DNA of 64,000 bases from an uncultured Rhodobiaceae bacterium (GCA_913045225.1 CAJWPC010000004.1:26626-90625); one strand, 5' to 3'; positions 11,184 through 21,584 are shown, counted from the first letter of the stretch. The notes: generated from the sequence alone by a model not told the origin. Program-made: numbers and translations.

Positions 11184-11381
11184 CTAATTATATGGTAAAA
11201 ACTGCTTAACAATCTTTTGATCGGCTTCGGCTAATACCGACATTCCTCGGGCATTTCGAATAAATTTATTAGTTCTTTTAATCATGCCATGACGTTTCCC
11301 TGCTTGGGCACACATTATCTTGCCACTTTTTGTGACCTTAAATCTTTTCTTTGCACCAGATTTTGTTTTTAACTTTGGCAT
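11184..11381 (-). CDS. rpmI: 50S ribosomal protein L35
   Basis: 65 aa, [22 protein letters not shown]... Confidence 0.96.
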   Translation of the reverse strand: MPKLKTKSGAKKRFKVTKSGKIMCAQAGKRHGMIKRTNKFIRNARGMSVLAEADQKIVKQFLPYN

Positions 11382-11481
11382 TTTTTTTCAGGTTTTTTTA
11401 GAATTAATAAACTATGAGACTTTATAGGCTAGGTAAGAATTATTTACAACAGAAAAATAAAAAATATTTGATTAAAAATAT

Positions 11482-12024
11482 TTATTTTGGCGCCAGCACC
11501 ATGATGATTTGCCGTCCTTCAAACTTTGGCTCAAGCTCAACTTTTGCAAACTCATCTGTATCATTTTTTATGCGATCAAAAAGTTTCACACCAAGCTCCG
11601 AATGAGACATCTCTCTCCCGCGAAACATAAGAGATATCTTAACCTTATCTCCGAATTCTATAAATTTTTTCATATTTTTTAACTTTACTTCATAGTCATG
11701 TGTGTCGATGTTCGGACGCATCTTGATCTCTTTAACACCGATTACCTTCTGCTTCTTTTTGGCTTCAGCAGCTTTCTTTTGGGCTTGATACTTAAACTTA
11801 CCATAATCCATAATTTTACATACTGGTAAGTCTGTATTTGGAGAAATTTCTACAAGGTCTAGTGAAAATTTTTCAGCCTCTTGTAAACCAATATCTAGAG
11901 TTACTTCACCATAATTTTCGCTGTTTGGTCCTATAAGTCTTATATTTCCTGCGTCTATCAAGTTATTTATTTTATGCGCAGGCTCAGTTTTTTTTCTTGC
12001 GAAATCTTCTGTTCTTCTGGCTAT
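11482..12024 (-). CDS. infC: translation initiation factor IF-3, with a probable ATA start
   Basis: IF-3 N and C domains are present (DLVEISPN...PVCKIMDYGKFKY; GREM.H...G). The conserved N-terminal INxxI segment lies upstream of the ORF-track TTG at 11961. Between the in-frame stop and that TTG the only plausible start is ATA at 12024-12022, preceded by GGAG (12035-12032) with a 7-nt gap to the ATA. Confidence 0.85.
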   Translation of the reverse strand: MARRTEDFARKKTEPAHKINNLIDAGNIRLIGPNSENYGEVTLDIGLQEAEKFSLDLVEISPNTDLPVCKIMDYGKFKYQAQKKAAEAKKKQKVIGVKEIKMRPNIDTHDYEVKLKNMKKFIEFGDKVKISLMFRGREMSHSELGVKLFDRIKNDTDEFAKVELEPKFEGRQIIMVLAPK

Positions 12025-12106
12025 TGTTAATCTCCAATTTTAGTTTTACTAAGAATTATAAATATATATAAAAATTTGGACAAATCAAATATTTATTGCG
12101 AACTAA

Positions 12107-12979
12107 TCACCTGTTAAGCTCCTCCTTTAAAATATCCTTTAAACCCAGTTTATAATTCGGATATTTTAATTCGAGACCCAACTTTTCTTTTATTTTCTGA
12201 TTTATGATGTACTTTGTCTCTGAGTAGAAACTTCTTGCCATTTCAGATAAGATTGCTTCACTAAAAATAACAGGCTCTGGTGGATCAGTGTTCAATAACC
12301 TTGCCGCAAACTCAACAACGTCTTGTGGGGGAGCAGGCATATCGTCCGAAATATTAAATATATCTGATTTAATATCTGAAACTGATAGCATGTAAATAAT
12401 TCGAGCGATATCGGCAACATGTATTCTATTAAAAACATGCCCTTCTTTGATAATTCTCTTTGCTGTACCATTAATCAAATTTCTAATTTGATTTCTACCT
12501 GTGCCATAGATACCAGATAGCCGAAGTATATTAAGCGTGACGCCAAATTTATCACACAAATCAGTCCATTGGCTTTCTGCAAGTATTCGACTCTTCGCAC
12601 GATCCGACTGAGGATTTATCTTATATTTTTCATCTACAGTTGAACCATTTGCGTCACCATACACAGCAGTTGTTGACAGATAAATGACTCTTTTAACTGA
12701 AGTTTTTAATGCGTTGGCTATATCTTCATAATTTGACTTTAGCACGACATCCCCGTTTTTATCAGGAGCAATAGATATCAAGAGAATTTTTGAACTTGCT
12801 AATGACTCACTCAGATATACTTTACCTTTATTAGGATTATACTCTATTAACTCAATATTTGGATTTACTTTTTTATTTCTGTCACGGGTTGTCCCTGAAG
12901 TAATCCATTTCTGATCATTAAAATATTCACACGTCTGCAACCCTGTGAAACCAACACCAAAGCAAAATAATTTATTCAA
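12107..12979 (-). CDS. NAD(P)-dependent epimerase/dehydratase-family (extended SDR) protein
   Basis: 290 aa with an N-terminal Rossmann GxGxxG (FGVGFTG) and the later pattern STTAVYG...Y....K. Specific activity unknown. Confidence 0.7.
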   Translation of the reverse strand: MNKLFCFGVGFTGLQTCEYFNDQKWITSGTTRDRNKKVNPNIELIEYNPNKGKVYLSESLASSKILLISIAPDKNGDVVLKSNYEDIANALKTSVKRVIYLSTTAVYGDANGSTVDEKYKINPQSDRAKSRILAESQWTDLCDKFGVTLNILRLSGIYGTGRNQIRNLINGTAKRIIKEGHVFNRIHVADIARIIYMLSVSDIKSDIFNISDDMPAPPQDVVEFAARLLNTDPPEPVIFSEAILSEMARSFYSETKYIINQKIKEKLGLELKYPNYKLGLKDILKEELNR

Positions 12980-12982
12980 TAT

Positions 12983-14092
12983 CTAACCCCATTCACTCAC
13001 AACTAGAGGATCGTTTTCTTCTAAGATATATATCTTACGTAATTTTTGAAATTCTTTTTTTGAGATAATTTTTTTTAATGCCCATATTGCACTTGCCCGT
13101 ATAATTGATGACTCATGTCTGAGGAATTTTTTAACCTTTATTGATATCTGCTGTGATCCAGAGTTTCCAGCTGCAATAAGTACATTTCTGAGAAATCGAT
13201 CCTTGCCAATTCTCTTTATTGGCGAGGTTTTGAAGAATTTATTAAATGCATCATAATCAAAGTCTAGAAAAAAGGAAATATCTGGCATGTTCAAGATCTT
13301 TTTTGCCTTTAACTGAATATCCCTTGTCTGGGATGCAAACTTGTTCCATGGACACACGGCTAGGCAATCATCGCAACCATATATACGATTGCCAATTAAC
13401 TCCCTAAATTCCTCTGGAATATGCCCTTTATGTTCTATCGTTAGATATGATATGCACCGTCTAGAGTCAAGTTTGTAAGGTGAAACAATGGCATTAGTTG
13501 GACATATATCTATACAGGAAGAACAGCTCCCACAATGATCTAATTCCGGAGACGAAGCTTCAAGCTTGATCGGTAATAGGATAACTCCCAAAAAAAACCA
13601 AGATCCCAATTTGCGACTGACAAGATTTGAATGTTTTCCTTGCCATCCTATACCTGCTATTTGCGCAATTGGCTTTTCCATAATTGGAGCGGTATCAACA
13701 AAAAGTTTTGATTCAATTCCATACTCATTCAGGAGCCATATACTCAACTTTTTCAGGCTTTTTTTCATTAATTCATGATAGTCATCAGCTCTAGCATATA
13801 CAGAGATATTTGCTTTAAGGGTCTCTTTAATATTGTGCAGTGGATTATCTTGAGGGCCATAATTTTTGGATACCGCAATGACCGACTTCGCATCTTGCCA
13901 TATATTACTTGGATGTGATCTCCTTTCTTTGTTTTTTTCTAACCAGATCATATCTCCATGGTAGCCATTTTTTAGATATTCCTCTAAACTGTCTTTTTGA
14001 TCGGGTATATCAGTAATGTCGGTAAAGCCAATGTCATCAAAGCCAAGCATCTCTATTTTGGTTTGTAAGACTTCTTTCGTTATTGCTTTCAT
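12983..14092 (-). CDS. queG: epoxyqueuosine reductase (tRNA queuosine biosynthesis)
   Basis: 369 aa. Two 4Fe-4S ferredoxin motifs (CGSCSSCIDICP, CDDCLAVCPWN) and a C-terminal HEAT-like region, typical of QueG. Confidence 0.9.
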   Translation of the reverse strand: MKAITKEVLQTKIEMLGFDDIGFTDITDIPDQKDSLEEYLKNGYHGDMIWLEKNKERRSHPSNIWQDAKSVIAVSKNYGPQDNPLHNIKETLKANISVYARADDYHELMKKSLKKLSIWLLNEYGIESKLFVDTAPIMEKPIAQIAGIGWQGKHSNLVSRKLGSWFFLGVILLPIKLEASSPELDHCGSCSSCIDICPTNAIVSPYKLDSRRCISYLTIEHKGHIPEEFRELIGNRIYGCDDCLAVCPWNKFASQTRDIQLKAKKILNMPDISFFLDFDYDAFNKFFKTSPIKRIGKDRFLRNVLIAAGNSGSQQISIKVKKFLRHESSIIRASAIWALKKIISKKEFQKLRKIYILEENDPLVVSEWG

Positions 14093-14096
14093 GTTA

Positions 14097-14789
14097 TTAA
14101 AAATCAGGATTTGAGTAGTGATTGGGTGGGTGAAATCCGGCTAAACGATCTTCTAATATAGAAGAAAATGATGGTCGAGATTTTATTCTTGCGTACCAGT
14201 TTTTAATTTCTGACCATTTATCCCAATCAATTTTGTTTAAATAATCGAGACATGATATATGTGTTGCCGCCGCTATATCAGCCTGTGAAATTGCATCCCC
14301 AGCAATCCAGCGCCTAGAACTAATTAGATGAGAGAGGTATTCGAAATGATATATCGAATTTTCTTGAGCTATTCTCAGTGACTCCATATTTGGACTTTTA
14401 TCTTCAGTTCTATTTTTCATATAATACTTATCGATTAATTCCCTCAATATTATTTTACTTACTTCATTATAAAATTTATTGTCATACCAATCAACTAACC
14501 TTCTGATCTCAGCTTTACCTCTAAGGTTACCTGAAATAAGTGAGGTACCCTTTTGAAGGTGGCTATATTTTTCTTCAATGTATTCAATTATTGCATAATT
14601 ATTTATAATTATATCATCTGCCTCATCTATCAAAACAGGAAGAGTACCCGCAGGATTAATAGCAAGAAATTCCTTTCTTTTATTCCAGATTATTTCGTCA
14701 ATTGTCACAAAACTTATATTATATTCTTCCAGTGTAAATCTTACTCTTCTGGAAAAGGGGCAGAGTTTAAATTGAAATAGTTTAATCAT
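14097..14789 (-). CDS. glutathione S-transferase family protein
   Basis: 230 aa with an N-terminal thioredoxin-like fold carrying CPFSRR and the LPVL motif, plus a C-terminal helical GST domain. Confidence 0.8.
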   Translation of the reverse strand: MIKLFQFKLCPFSRRVRFTLEEYNISFVTIDEIIWNKRKEFLAINPAGTLPVLIDEADDIIINNYAIIEYIEEKYSHLQKGTSLISGNLRGKAEIRRLVDWYDNKFYNEVSKIILRELIDKYYMKNRTEDKSPNMESLRIAQENSIYHFEYLSHLISSRRWIAGDAISQADIAAATHISCLDYLNKIDWDKWSEIKNWYARIKSRPSFSSILEDRLAGFHPPNHYSNPDF

Positions 14790-14877
14790 ATTATTATTTA
14801 AGTTATACTATCTAAAATTTGTAAAAAACATTCTTTAATAATAAGTTACTTTCTTCCTAAAAAAAGGTTTCACTAAT

Positions 14878-15783
14878 ATGAGTTGGCTTCCAACATCAAA
14901 AAAAGAATTAGAGGACAATCAGTACATTGATGCTGTAGTACTTCCAAGGACTAGTGATATTGGCAATTTTGAAGTTCATAGAGCGCTGCCTTCAAAAGAA
15001 AGACAAATGGTTGGCCCATTTATTTTCTGGGATCAAATGGGTCCCGGAGAATTCCTCTCCGGGTCGGGTTTAGATGTGAGACCGCACCCGCATATTGGGT
15101 TATCTACAATTACTTATCTCTTCAAGGGTACGATGGATCATAAGGACTCTCTTGGTAATGATGTAAGAATTGCACCTGGAGACATAAACCTCATGTCAGC
15201 AGGTGGAGGAATTGTCCACTCGGAGAGAACGGGTGAGGATGTACGTAAATTGCCATCAGAATTATTTGGAATACAGAGCTGGATTGCGCAACCAAAAAAA
15301 TATGAGGAGTCTAAGCCGTCATTTCAAAACATATCTTCAAATGATATTACTAAGATTGATAGTGGAGGTGTCCATGGAAAAGTTCTATTTGGCGAACTAG
15401 ATGGATTAAAGTCATCAATCGACTCACAATGGGCTACACTCTATCTTGACGTTACAATTGAGGAAAAAAACAAATTTAATATCCCACCAACCTTCATCGA
15501 AAGAGCTATTTACATCATCTCAGGAAGTGCGTATTTTCATGAAACAAAAATACCATTAAACACATTAATCGTACTGAAGCCGTCGGTAAGTATTACTCTT
15601 CAGGCAACCAGACGTACACGATTACTTGTTCTTGGTGGTGAGCCAATGGATGGACCAAGATATATTTACTGGAACTTTGTTTCATCAAGAAAAGATAAAA
15701 TTGAAGATGCAAAAAATAAATGGCTCCAAGGTAAATTCCCTCTGATTATAAACGACAAAGAAGAATTTATTCCACTTCCTTGA
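14878..15783 (+). CDS. pirin family protein (bicupin)
   Basis: 301 aa. The RPHPHIGLSTITYL and HSE metal-binding pattern matches pirins. Confidence 0.88.
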   Translation: MSWLPTSKKELEDNQYIDAVVLPRTSDIGNFEVHRALPSKERQMVGPFIFWDQMGPGEFLSGSGLDVRPHPHIGLSTITYLFKGTMDHKDSLGNDVRIAPGDINLMSAGGGIVHSERTGEDVRKLPSELFGIQSWIAQPKKYEESKPSFQNISSNDITKIDSGGVHGKVLFGELDGLKSSIDSQWATLYLDVTIEEKNKFNIPPTFIERAIYIISGSAYFHETKIPLNTLIVLKPSVSITLQATRRTRLLVLGGEPMDGPRYIYWNFVSSRKDKIEDAKNKWLQGKFPLIINDKEEFIPLP

Positions 15784-15828
15784 GTAAATTTACTTTAATA
15801 AAGCAATCAATACACTATAATCTCTTAC

Positions 15829-16614
15829 ATGGTTGAGTATTTACTAATTCTCTCACTAGTACAGGGAATAACAGAGTTTCTGCCCATAAGTTCATCAGCT
15901 CATTTAATGATACTAAATTTGTTTAGTGAAGCTAGTGACCAATCTGTCTCGGTAGATTTAAGCTTACATATTGGCTCACTTTTAGCTTTGATAGTTTATT
16001 TTTTACAAAACCCACTTAAATCAAAAAAAATAGCGAATTTCAATTCAGATTTTTTGTCAACTAAGGAGGCTATTTATCTAATTTTATTCAGTGCATTGCC
16101 AACGATGGCATTTGCATATATTTTTCTGAATTATAATACAATTTATATTATTAGAGAGAATATCCACGTAATAGTGTGGTGTAACTTAATATTTGCAATA
16201 CTTCTATTTTTTGGTGACTACTTCGGCAAAAAATCAAATAAAAGGCTTACAAAAAGAAACTTGGTTTTTTTGTCAGTATTTCAATCAATCTCGTTAATTC
16301 CTGGTGTTAGCAGGTCTGGTATTTGCATAACTGTCTCGAGATTTTTAGGCTTTGGCAGAACGGAGTCGTCTATCATTTCGACAATTATGTCTTTTCCAAT
16401 ATTATTTGCAAGCCTTATTTTTATCGCAACAACAATTTATCAAAAACAGGATATATTTCTTACGAATACAATATTTTTGGCCATAACTCTCTCATTCATA
16501 ACATCTTACTTATCGATAAAAATAATAATTGAATTTATTGACCGAATAAAATTATATCCATTCGTAATTTACAGAGTCTGCCTTAGCTTGATAATTTTAT
16601 ATGTTATCAGCTGA
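15829..16614 (+). CDS. uppP: undecaprenyl-diphosphate phosphatase
   Basis: 261 aa. Has the ITEFLPISSSAHL and PGVSRSG motifs and is polytopic. Confidence 0.93.
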   Translation: MVEYLLILSLVQGITEFLPISSSAHLMILNLFSEASDQSVSVDLSLHIGSLLALIVYFLQNPLKSKKIANFNSDFLSTKEAIYLILFSALPTMAFAYIFLNYNTIYIIRENIHVIVWCNLIFAILLFFGDYFGKKSNKRLTKRNLVFLSVFQSISLIPGVSRSGICITVSRFLGFGRTESSIISTIMSFPILFASLIFIATTIYQKQDIFLTNTIFLAITLSFITSYLSIKIIIEFIDRIKLYPFVIYRVCLSLIILYVIS

Positions 16615-16618
16615 ATAC

Positions 16619-17524
16619 TTAACTTGAAAAACGCCCCAAATACTCAGGGATTATATTTTTTGCCGAACATGCCTCAATATCATAATCTTCGAGCTTACCG
16701 ATATCTTCATTTTTAGTTTGTAACAGGATATTATCGGTTTTTAGCGACTCGAGTTGATCAAATGTGATTGGTCTCTTTGGTAAAACTTGCATTGGCGTTA
16801 TGAATATTTTTGATAGCGAAAATGGTATTGGGATTAAGATTCTTTTCTTGCTGATGGTAGCCAAAATTAATTCAATCACTTCCCTAAGTGAATAAATTTC
16901 TTTACCACCAATTTCATAAATATTTTTCCTATTCTTATCTTTTATGTGCGAAACTATTAGCCTCACTAAATCTAGCACATAAACTGGCTGGAATTTTGTA
17001 TCTCCATTCCCAATTAACGGAAAAATTGGAGACAGGGACAGGATCCTCGCAAATTGATTAAAAAAATTATCATCATAACCAAAAACAACAGAAGGTCTGA
17101 TTATTGTATAATTTGAGCTTTCGCGCTGAATGGATGCCTCACCCATTGCCTTACTTCTTTGATATTTTGAACTTGAATTAATATCGACACCTAAAGATGA
17201 CATATGTATGAATCTTCGCACATTATAGTCAACGCAAATCTTCGCAATAATCCCAGGTAACTCACCGTGGATATACTGAAATTTTTGCCTTTTCCTCTCT
17301 TCCAAAATACCAACTAAATTTACTACATAGTCGGATCCTTGGATAAATTTATTTATTGAACGCTCATCATTCACATTAACTCTAGAAACCTCTATCTGTC
17401 CTGCAACACCAGAAACATAGAGATGATTTGCGGTTGCCGGATTTCTGGTCCCAATTTTTATTCTATAGCCATCTTTCGCAAGTTCTCGAACCAAATTGCG
17501 GCCAATGAAGCCATTCCCGCCCAA
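16619..17524 (-). CDS. complex I NDUFA9-like NAD(P)H-binding SDR protein
   Basis: The track ORF is 301 aa and starts (TTG) directly at the GGNGFIGR dinucleotide-binding motif. The beta-strand that normally precedes it (...SKIVSIL) is encoded in frame upstream, with no canonical start. The true 5' end is probably at ATT 17536 or ATA 17557. Confidence 0.75.
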   Translation of the reverse strand: MGGNGFIGRNLVRELAKDGYRIKIGTRNPATANHLYVSGVAGQIEVSRVNVNDERSINKFIQGSDYVVNLVGILEERKRQKFQYIHGELPGIIAKICVDYNVRRFIHMSSLGVDINSSSKYQRSKAMGEASIQRESSNYTIIRPSVVFGYDDNFFNQFARILSLSPIFPLIGNGDTKFQPVYVLDLVRLIVSHIKDKNRKNIYEIGGKEIYSLREVIELILATISKKRILIPIPFSLSKIFITPMQVLPKRPITFDQLESLKTDNILLQTKNEDIGKLEDYDIEACSAKNIIPEYLGRFSS

Positions 17525-17671
17525 AATGGAAACAATTTTACTCTTATTTGATGGTATATTTATTTTTCTATCCTCGGTCGAAGTTATAATAGAATAATAT
17601 AATTTAATTAATTGAGAATATAATATATATTCAATATAAAAAAAATAGAAATTACGAGAAAAGGATAAGAA

Positions 17672-18298
17672 TTGGATAGGGATAAATCAAAAATTCATCT
17701 TTACAATGACGATCTACCCAGTGATTTGCAATTAAGCAATCAGGTCGCAATAGATACTGAAACTTTAGGTCTTAATCCAGCAAGAGACAGGCTTTGCTTG
17801 ATCCAAATTAATGACGGAAGTGATAGCACGCATTTAATCAGGGTTACTTCACCTATAAATCCTGCTCCAAACCTCATAAAAATGCTTCAGAGTGAAAAAA
17901 TACAAAAGTTATTTCACTTTGCCCGTTTTGATGTAGCTGTGATTACAAAATCTTATGGCATATCTATTAACAATATTTACTGCACAAAAATTGCATCTAA
18001 GATAGCCAGAACATATACAGACAAGCACAGCTTAAAGTCACTTTGTGAAGAGCTACTCAACATCTCACTTTCAAAGGAAGAACAGAGCTCTGATTGGGGT
18101 ACTGAGAATCTGACGGAAAGTCAAAAAAAATATGCAGCAAATGATGTGATATATTTACATAAAATCAAAGAATGCCTCGACTCAATGCTTGAAAGAGAAA
18201 ATCGTATTGATCTCGCTAAATCATGCTTTGAATTTATAAATACACAAGCAGAATTAGATCTAAGAGGCTGGGGTAATCAAAATATTTTCGATCACTAA
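17672..18298 (+). CDS. short RNase D-like 3'-5' exonuclease (DEDD family)
   Basis: 208 aa. Motifs VAIDTETLGL (Exo I), FHFARFD (Exo II) and YAANDVIYL (Exo III). Confidence 0.85.
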   Translation: MDRDKSKIHLYNDDLPSDLQLSNQVAIDTETLGLNPARDRLCLIQINDGSDSTHLIRVTSPINPAPNLIKMLQSEKIQKLFHFARFDVAVITKSYGISINNIYCTKIASKIARTYTDKHSLKSLCEELLNISLSKEEQSSDWGTENLTESQKKYAANDVIYLHKIKECLDSMLERENRIDLAKSCFEFINTQAELDLRGWGNQNIFDH

Positions 18299-18301
18299 AC
18301 G

Positions 18302-18973
18302 ATGACAAATACTTCCGAGAACACTCAAATAAAAACAAAAAATGATGAAATTGACCGAGCAAATTCTCATACAAGAAATTTAAAGTTAATAAATAACCTC
18401 ATACTATTACTTATTATTTTGGGGGTTGGGACGCTAGTTTACTTCATAAATTTTGAAGGTCAGAAGATTACAGAAATAGAAAATGTAACGCCCATTCCTG
18501 TCGAAAAAGACACCTCCATGGCTGAAAATACTGTCGAGATAAAGAACTCAATTATTTCAGGTATTGATGGGCAGAACCAATATTATGAAATAAGCACAGA
18601 AAGAACATGGAATTCAATAGATAATAAAGACATCGTTGAAATGTCTGGTATAAAGACGAAGTTATTACTAAAAAATGATCTCGAAATTAACATAATTGGT
18701 AATAGTGCGCGATTTAATCATAAAACACAGCATCTGCAATTAGAGAGTGATATCGTAATATCATCCAACAAGAATGTTGGGGTTTTAATTGAAAGTATTA
18801 AAATTGATCTGCAAAAAAAAATAATTTCCAGCCCGCGTCCAGTTAAGATTGCATATGAAGATATTTGTATTGAAGGGAAGAATTTTGAAATAAATAATAA
18901 TGGAGATAAGATAAAATTTACAGATGGTGTTAACTTAATTATTGGGGAGAATACTCTATGCATAACGTCCTAA
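18302..18973 (+). CDS. lptC: LPS export system protein LptC-like (membrane-anchored)
   Basis: 223 aa with one N-terminal TM helix and a beta-jellyroll-like periplasmic part. It sits directly before lptA-lptB. Sequence conservation is weak, so the call rests on position and topology. Confidence 0.65.
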   Translation: MTNTSENTQIKTKNDEIDRANSHTRNLKLINNLILLLIILGVGTLVYFINFEGQKITEIENVTPIPVEKDTSMAENTVEIKNSIISGIDGQNQYYEISTERTWNSIDNKDIVEMSGIKTKLLLKNDLEINIIGNSARFNHKTQHLQLESDIVISSNKNVGVLIESIKIDLQKKIISSPRPVKIAYEDICIEGKNFEINNNGDKIKFTDGVNLIIGENTLCITS

Positions 18974-19458
18974 GACAGTTATTCTTGATAATAATTTTTG
19001 CCTGCTCTGTATCAACACAAAGCATTTCATCTGAGAAAATCAAATCATTCTTTAGTAATTCAGCATTAAATATAGAAAGTTCAAGTTTAGAAATTATTGA
19101 TAGTGAAAAAAACGCAATATTTAAGGGTCAAGTAAGGATCGTAAACGAAGATGCATTGCTTGCGACAGATAATCTAATATTACACTATTCGTTTGATGAT
19201 ATTACTGGCGATATTCAGGTTGAAAAAATAACCTGCGAAGGAAATGTGCTAATCGAATACGAGAATCAGGTAATAACAAGTCTTAATGCAGTTTATGATG
19301 CTAGGGCAAATCAATTGGTATTTAGTGATGATGTAATCATTAGTCGTGATGAGGGTAATGCAATAAAAGCTGATAAAGTCTCCGTTGATTTGAATACTAT
19401 GAGAATAAAAATGGACTCAAAAAGCCGAGTCAAGGCATTCATTACCCCAAATAATTAG
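18958..19458 (+). CDS. lptA: LPS transport periplasmic protein LptA (OstA-like)
   Basis: 166 aa with a signal peptide and the OstA-like repeat pattern (A..L......N.AIF.G.V.......L.AD.L). Located upstream of lptB. Confidence 0.8.
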   Translation: MHNVLRQLFLIIIFACSVSTQSISSEKIKSFFSNSALNIESSSLEIIDSEKNAIFKGQVRIVNEDALLATDNLILHYSFDDITGDIQVEKITCEGNVLIEYENQVITSLNAVYDARANQLVFSDDVIISRDEGNAIKADKVSVDLNTMRIKMDSKSRVKAFITPNN

Positions 19459-19526
19459 CGTAAGAATGACGCAACGGAGGATGTCTTGAACGAATTAAAA
19501 GGTATTATGTAATAACAGAAGATAAC

Positions 19527-20252
19527 ATGCAAGATCTACTCACAATCGAAAATATTGCAAAGGATTATAACGGTATAAATGTTATAAATGATATTTCTAT
19601 TTCAGTAAAACCAGGAGAAATTATTGGTCTCCTTGGCCCAAACGGGGCAGGTAAAACAACACTTTTTTATATTATTATGGGCCTTATAAAACCACGAAAA
19701 GGCACAATTAAAATAAATAATAATGATATTACAAAACTTGCTATGTATAGCCGAGCCCGGCTTGGTATTAGTTACCTACCACAGGAACCCTCTATTTTTC
19801 GGGGTATGAATGTTCGAGATAATATAAACTCTATTTTGGAGATAACAGAGAAAAATAAAAAGTTGAGAAAAATTAAATTAGAGAAACTACTCGAAATATT
19901 CGGACTTGAAAAAATACAAAAAAATTCAGCGCGTCTGCTTTCGGGGGGTGAAAGAAGAAGGGTAGAAATTGCCAGATCTATTGCCGGTCAACCCAAATAC
20001 ATACTTATGGATGAGCCATTTTCTGGAGTCGATCCTCTAGCAATTGAAGAAATAAAAAATATTATAAAGTCCCTGAGTGCTAGTAATATTGGAGTTTTAA
20101 TCACGGACCATAATGTTAGAGAAACGCTTAGTCTTATTGATAGAGCCTACATTATATATGAAGGAAATATTTTGGTTGGTGGTACCTCTGATGAAATACT
20201 CAGTAGTGAAGAGGCTAAAAGAGTTTATTTAGGTAGTGAATTTAACATATAG
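19527..20252 (+). CDS. lptB: LPS export ABC transporter ATP-binding protein LptB
   Basis: 241 aa. Walker A GPNGAGKTT, signature LSGGERRRVEIAR and Walker B ILMDEPF. Confidence 0.95.
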   Translation: MQDLLTIENIAKDYNGINVINDISISVKPGEIIGLLGPNGAGKTTLFYIIMGLIKPRKGTIKINNNDITKLAMYSRARLGISYLPQEPSIFRGMNVRDNINSILEITEKNKKLRKIKLEKLLEIFGLEKIQKNSARLLSGGERRRVEIARSIAGQPKYILMDEPFSGVDPLAIEEIKNIIKSLSASNIGVLITDHNVRETLSLIDRAYIIYEGNILVGGTSDEILSSEEAKRVYLGSEFNI

Positions 20253-20255
20253 TTT

Positions 20256-21584
20256 TTGAAAATGGGTCTTGGTCTAACAAATATTGCAACAATAAATCAG
20301 GCACAAACGCTATCACCGCAAGTGCAGTTAACGATAAAATTATTAAGTCTCAACAATGTCGAACTCGAGAGCTATTTAGAAAAAAAAATAGAGGATAATC
20401 CTCTCTTGATTGAAAAGCAGAACACAAAAGAACGCGAGCTTAGAATTCAAAAATTTACGGATAAGTATTCCCGAAATTCTTCAAATTTAGATCTATTAAA
20501 TAATATAAGCTATGCAAAATCCCTGAGAGAACACCTTTTGGACCAATTGCTCATCTCAAGGATGAATAATAAAGAAAAAATTATCGCAACTTACCTTATA
20601 AATATTTTAGATGAAGCTGGCTACTTGACTGAAAACGATGAAATAATTTGTACAAAGCTTGGAATTGATGCTGAGGTATACGAAAAGATTTTGATAAGTT
20701 TACAAAATTTCGAGCCGACTGGAGTATTTGCAAGGACCCTCAGTGAGTGTATTTATTTGCAACTTCGAGAGAAGAATTTAATTAATGAAGAATTATCAGA
20801 ACTTCTCGCGAATATTGAACTTATTGCTGATGACAATTATAAAGAATTAACTTCCCGCCTAAATATTTGTAAGGAAGATTTGTTTAAGTTAATAAATGTA
20901 ATAAGAAAATGTAATCCTAAGCCGGGCTTAAATTACTCACGTGATACTCTTGAAATTATTGCCCCCGATATTATCATCGAAAAGAACTCAAGTGGTGTGT
21001 ATGCGATAAGGCTCATACAAAATTACTTTTCAAACATTACTGTCGACCAAACATACAGCGATATAATACTAGAATCAAAAAAGAAAAAAGATGAATTCAT
21101 AACAAACCATTATCGAGATGCAAAAATGTTGATCAGTAGCATAGCACAAAGACAGAGAACTCTGTTAAAAATTGCTTATGAAGTAATGTTACAGCAAAGA
21201 GGTTTTCTTGAGAATGGAATAAATCATATGCGGCCGTTAAATTTAGATAAAATTTCAAAAATGACAAATCTACATATTTCCACGGTGAGTAGATCTATTC
21301 AAAATAAATTTATTGAAACACCAAGGGGAACATTTGAGATGAAGTATTTCTTTGATAAAGGCACTTACGGAGAAGAACAAGATATGCAAATTTCATCAAA
21401 GACAATAGAAAATAGAATTAAAGAACTCATAAAAAATGAGACTCCGTCAAATATTTTATCTGATGACAAAATTGTAAACCTATTAAAAAAATATGATATA
21501 AATATTGCAAGAAGAACAGTTGCAAAATATCGTACAAAATTGAATATTTTACCCTCATCTAAAAGAAAGAACCGTTATCTATAA
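20256..21584 (+). CDS. rpoN: RNA polymerase sigma-54 factor
   Basis: 442 aa with a Gln/Leu-rich region I (QTLSPQVQLTIKLL), a core-binding region, an HTH and the RpoN box ARRTVAKYR. The ATG at 20262 is an alternative start. Confidence 0.93.
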   Translation: MKMGLGLTNIATINQAQTLSPQVQLTIKLLSLNNVELESYLEKKIEDNPLLIEKQNTKERELRIQKFTDKYSRNSSNLDLLNNISYAKSLREHLLDQLLISRMNNKEKIIATYLINILDEAGYLTENDEIICTKLGIDAEVYEKILISLQNFEPTGVFARTLSECIYLQLREKNLINEELSELLANIELIADDNYKELTSRLNICKEDLFKLINVIRKCNPKPGLNYSRDTLEIIAPDIIIEKNSSGVYAIRLIQNYFSNITVDQTYSDIILESKKKKDEFITNHYRDAKMLISSIAQRQRTLLKIAYEVMLQQRGFLENGINHMRPLNLDKISKMTNLHISTVSRSIQNKFIETPRGTFEMKYFFDKGTYGEEQDMQISSKTIENRIKELIKNETPSNILSDDKIVNLLKKYDINIARRTVAKYRTKLNILPSSKRKNRYL

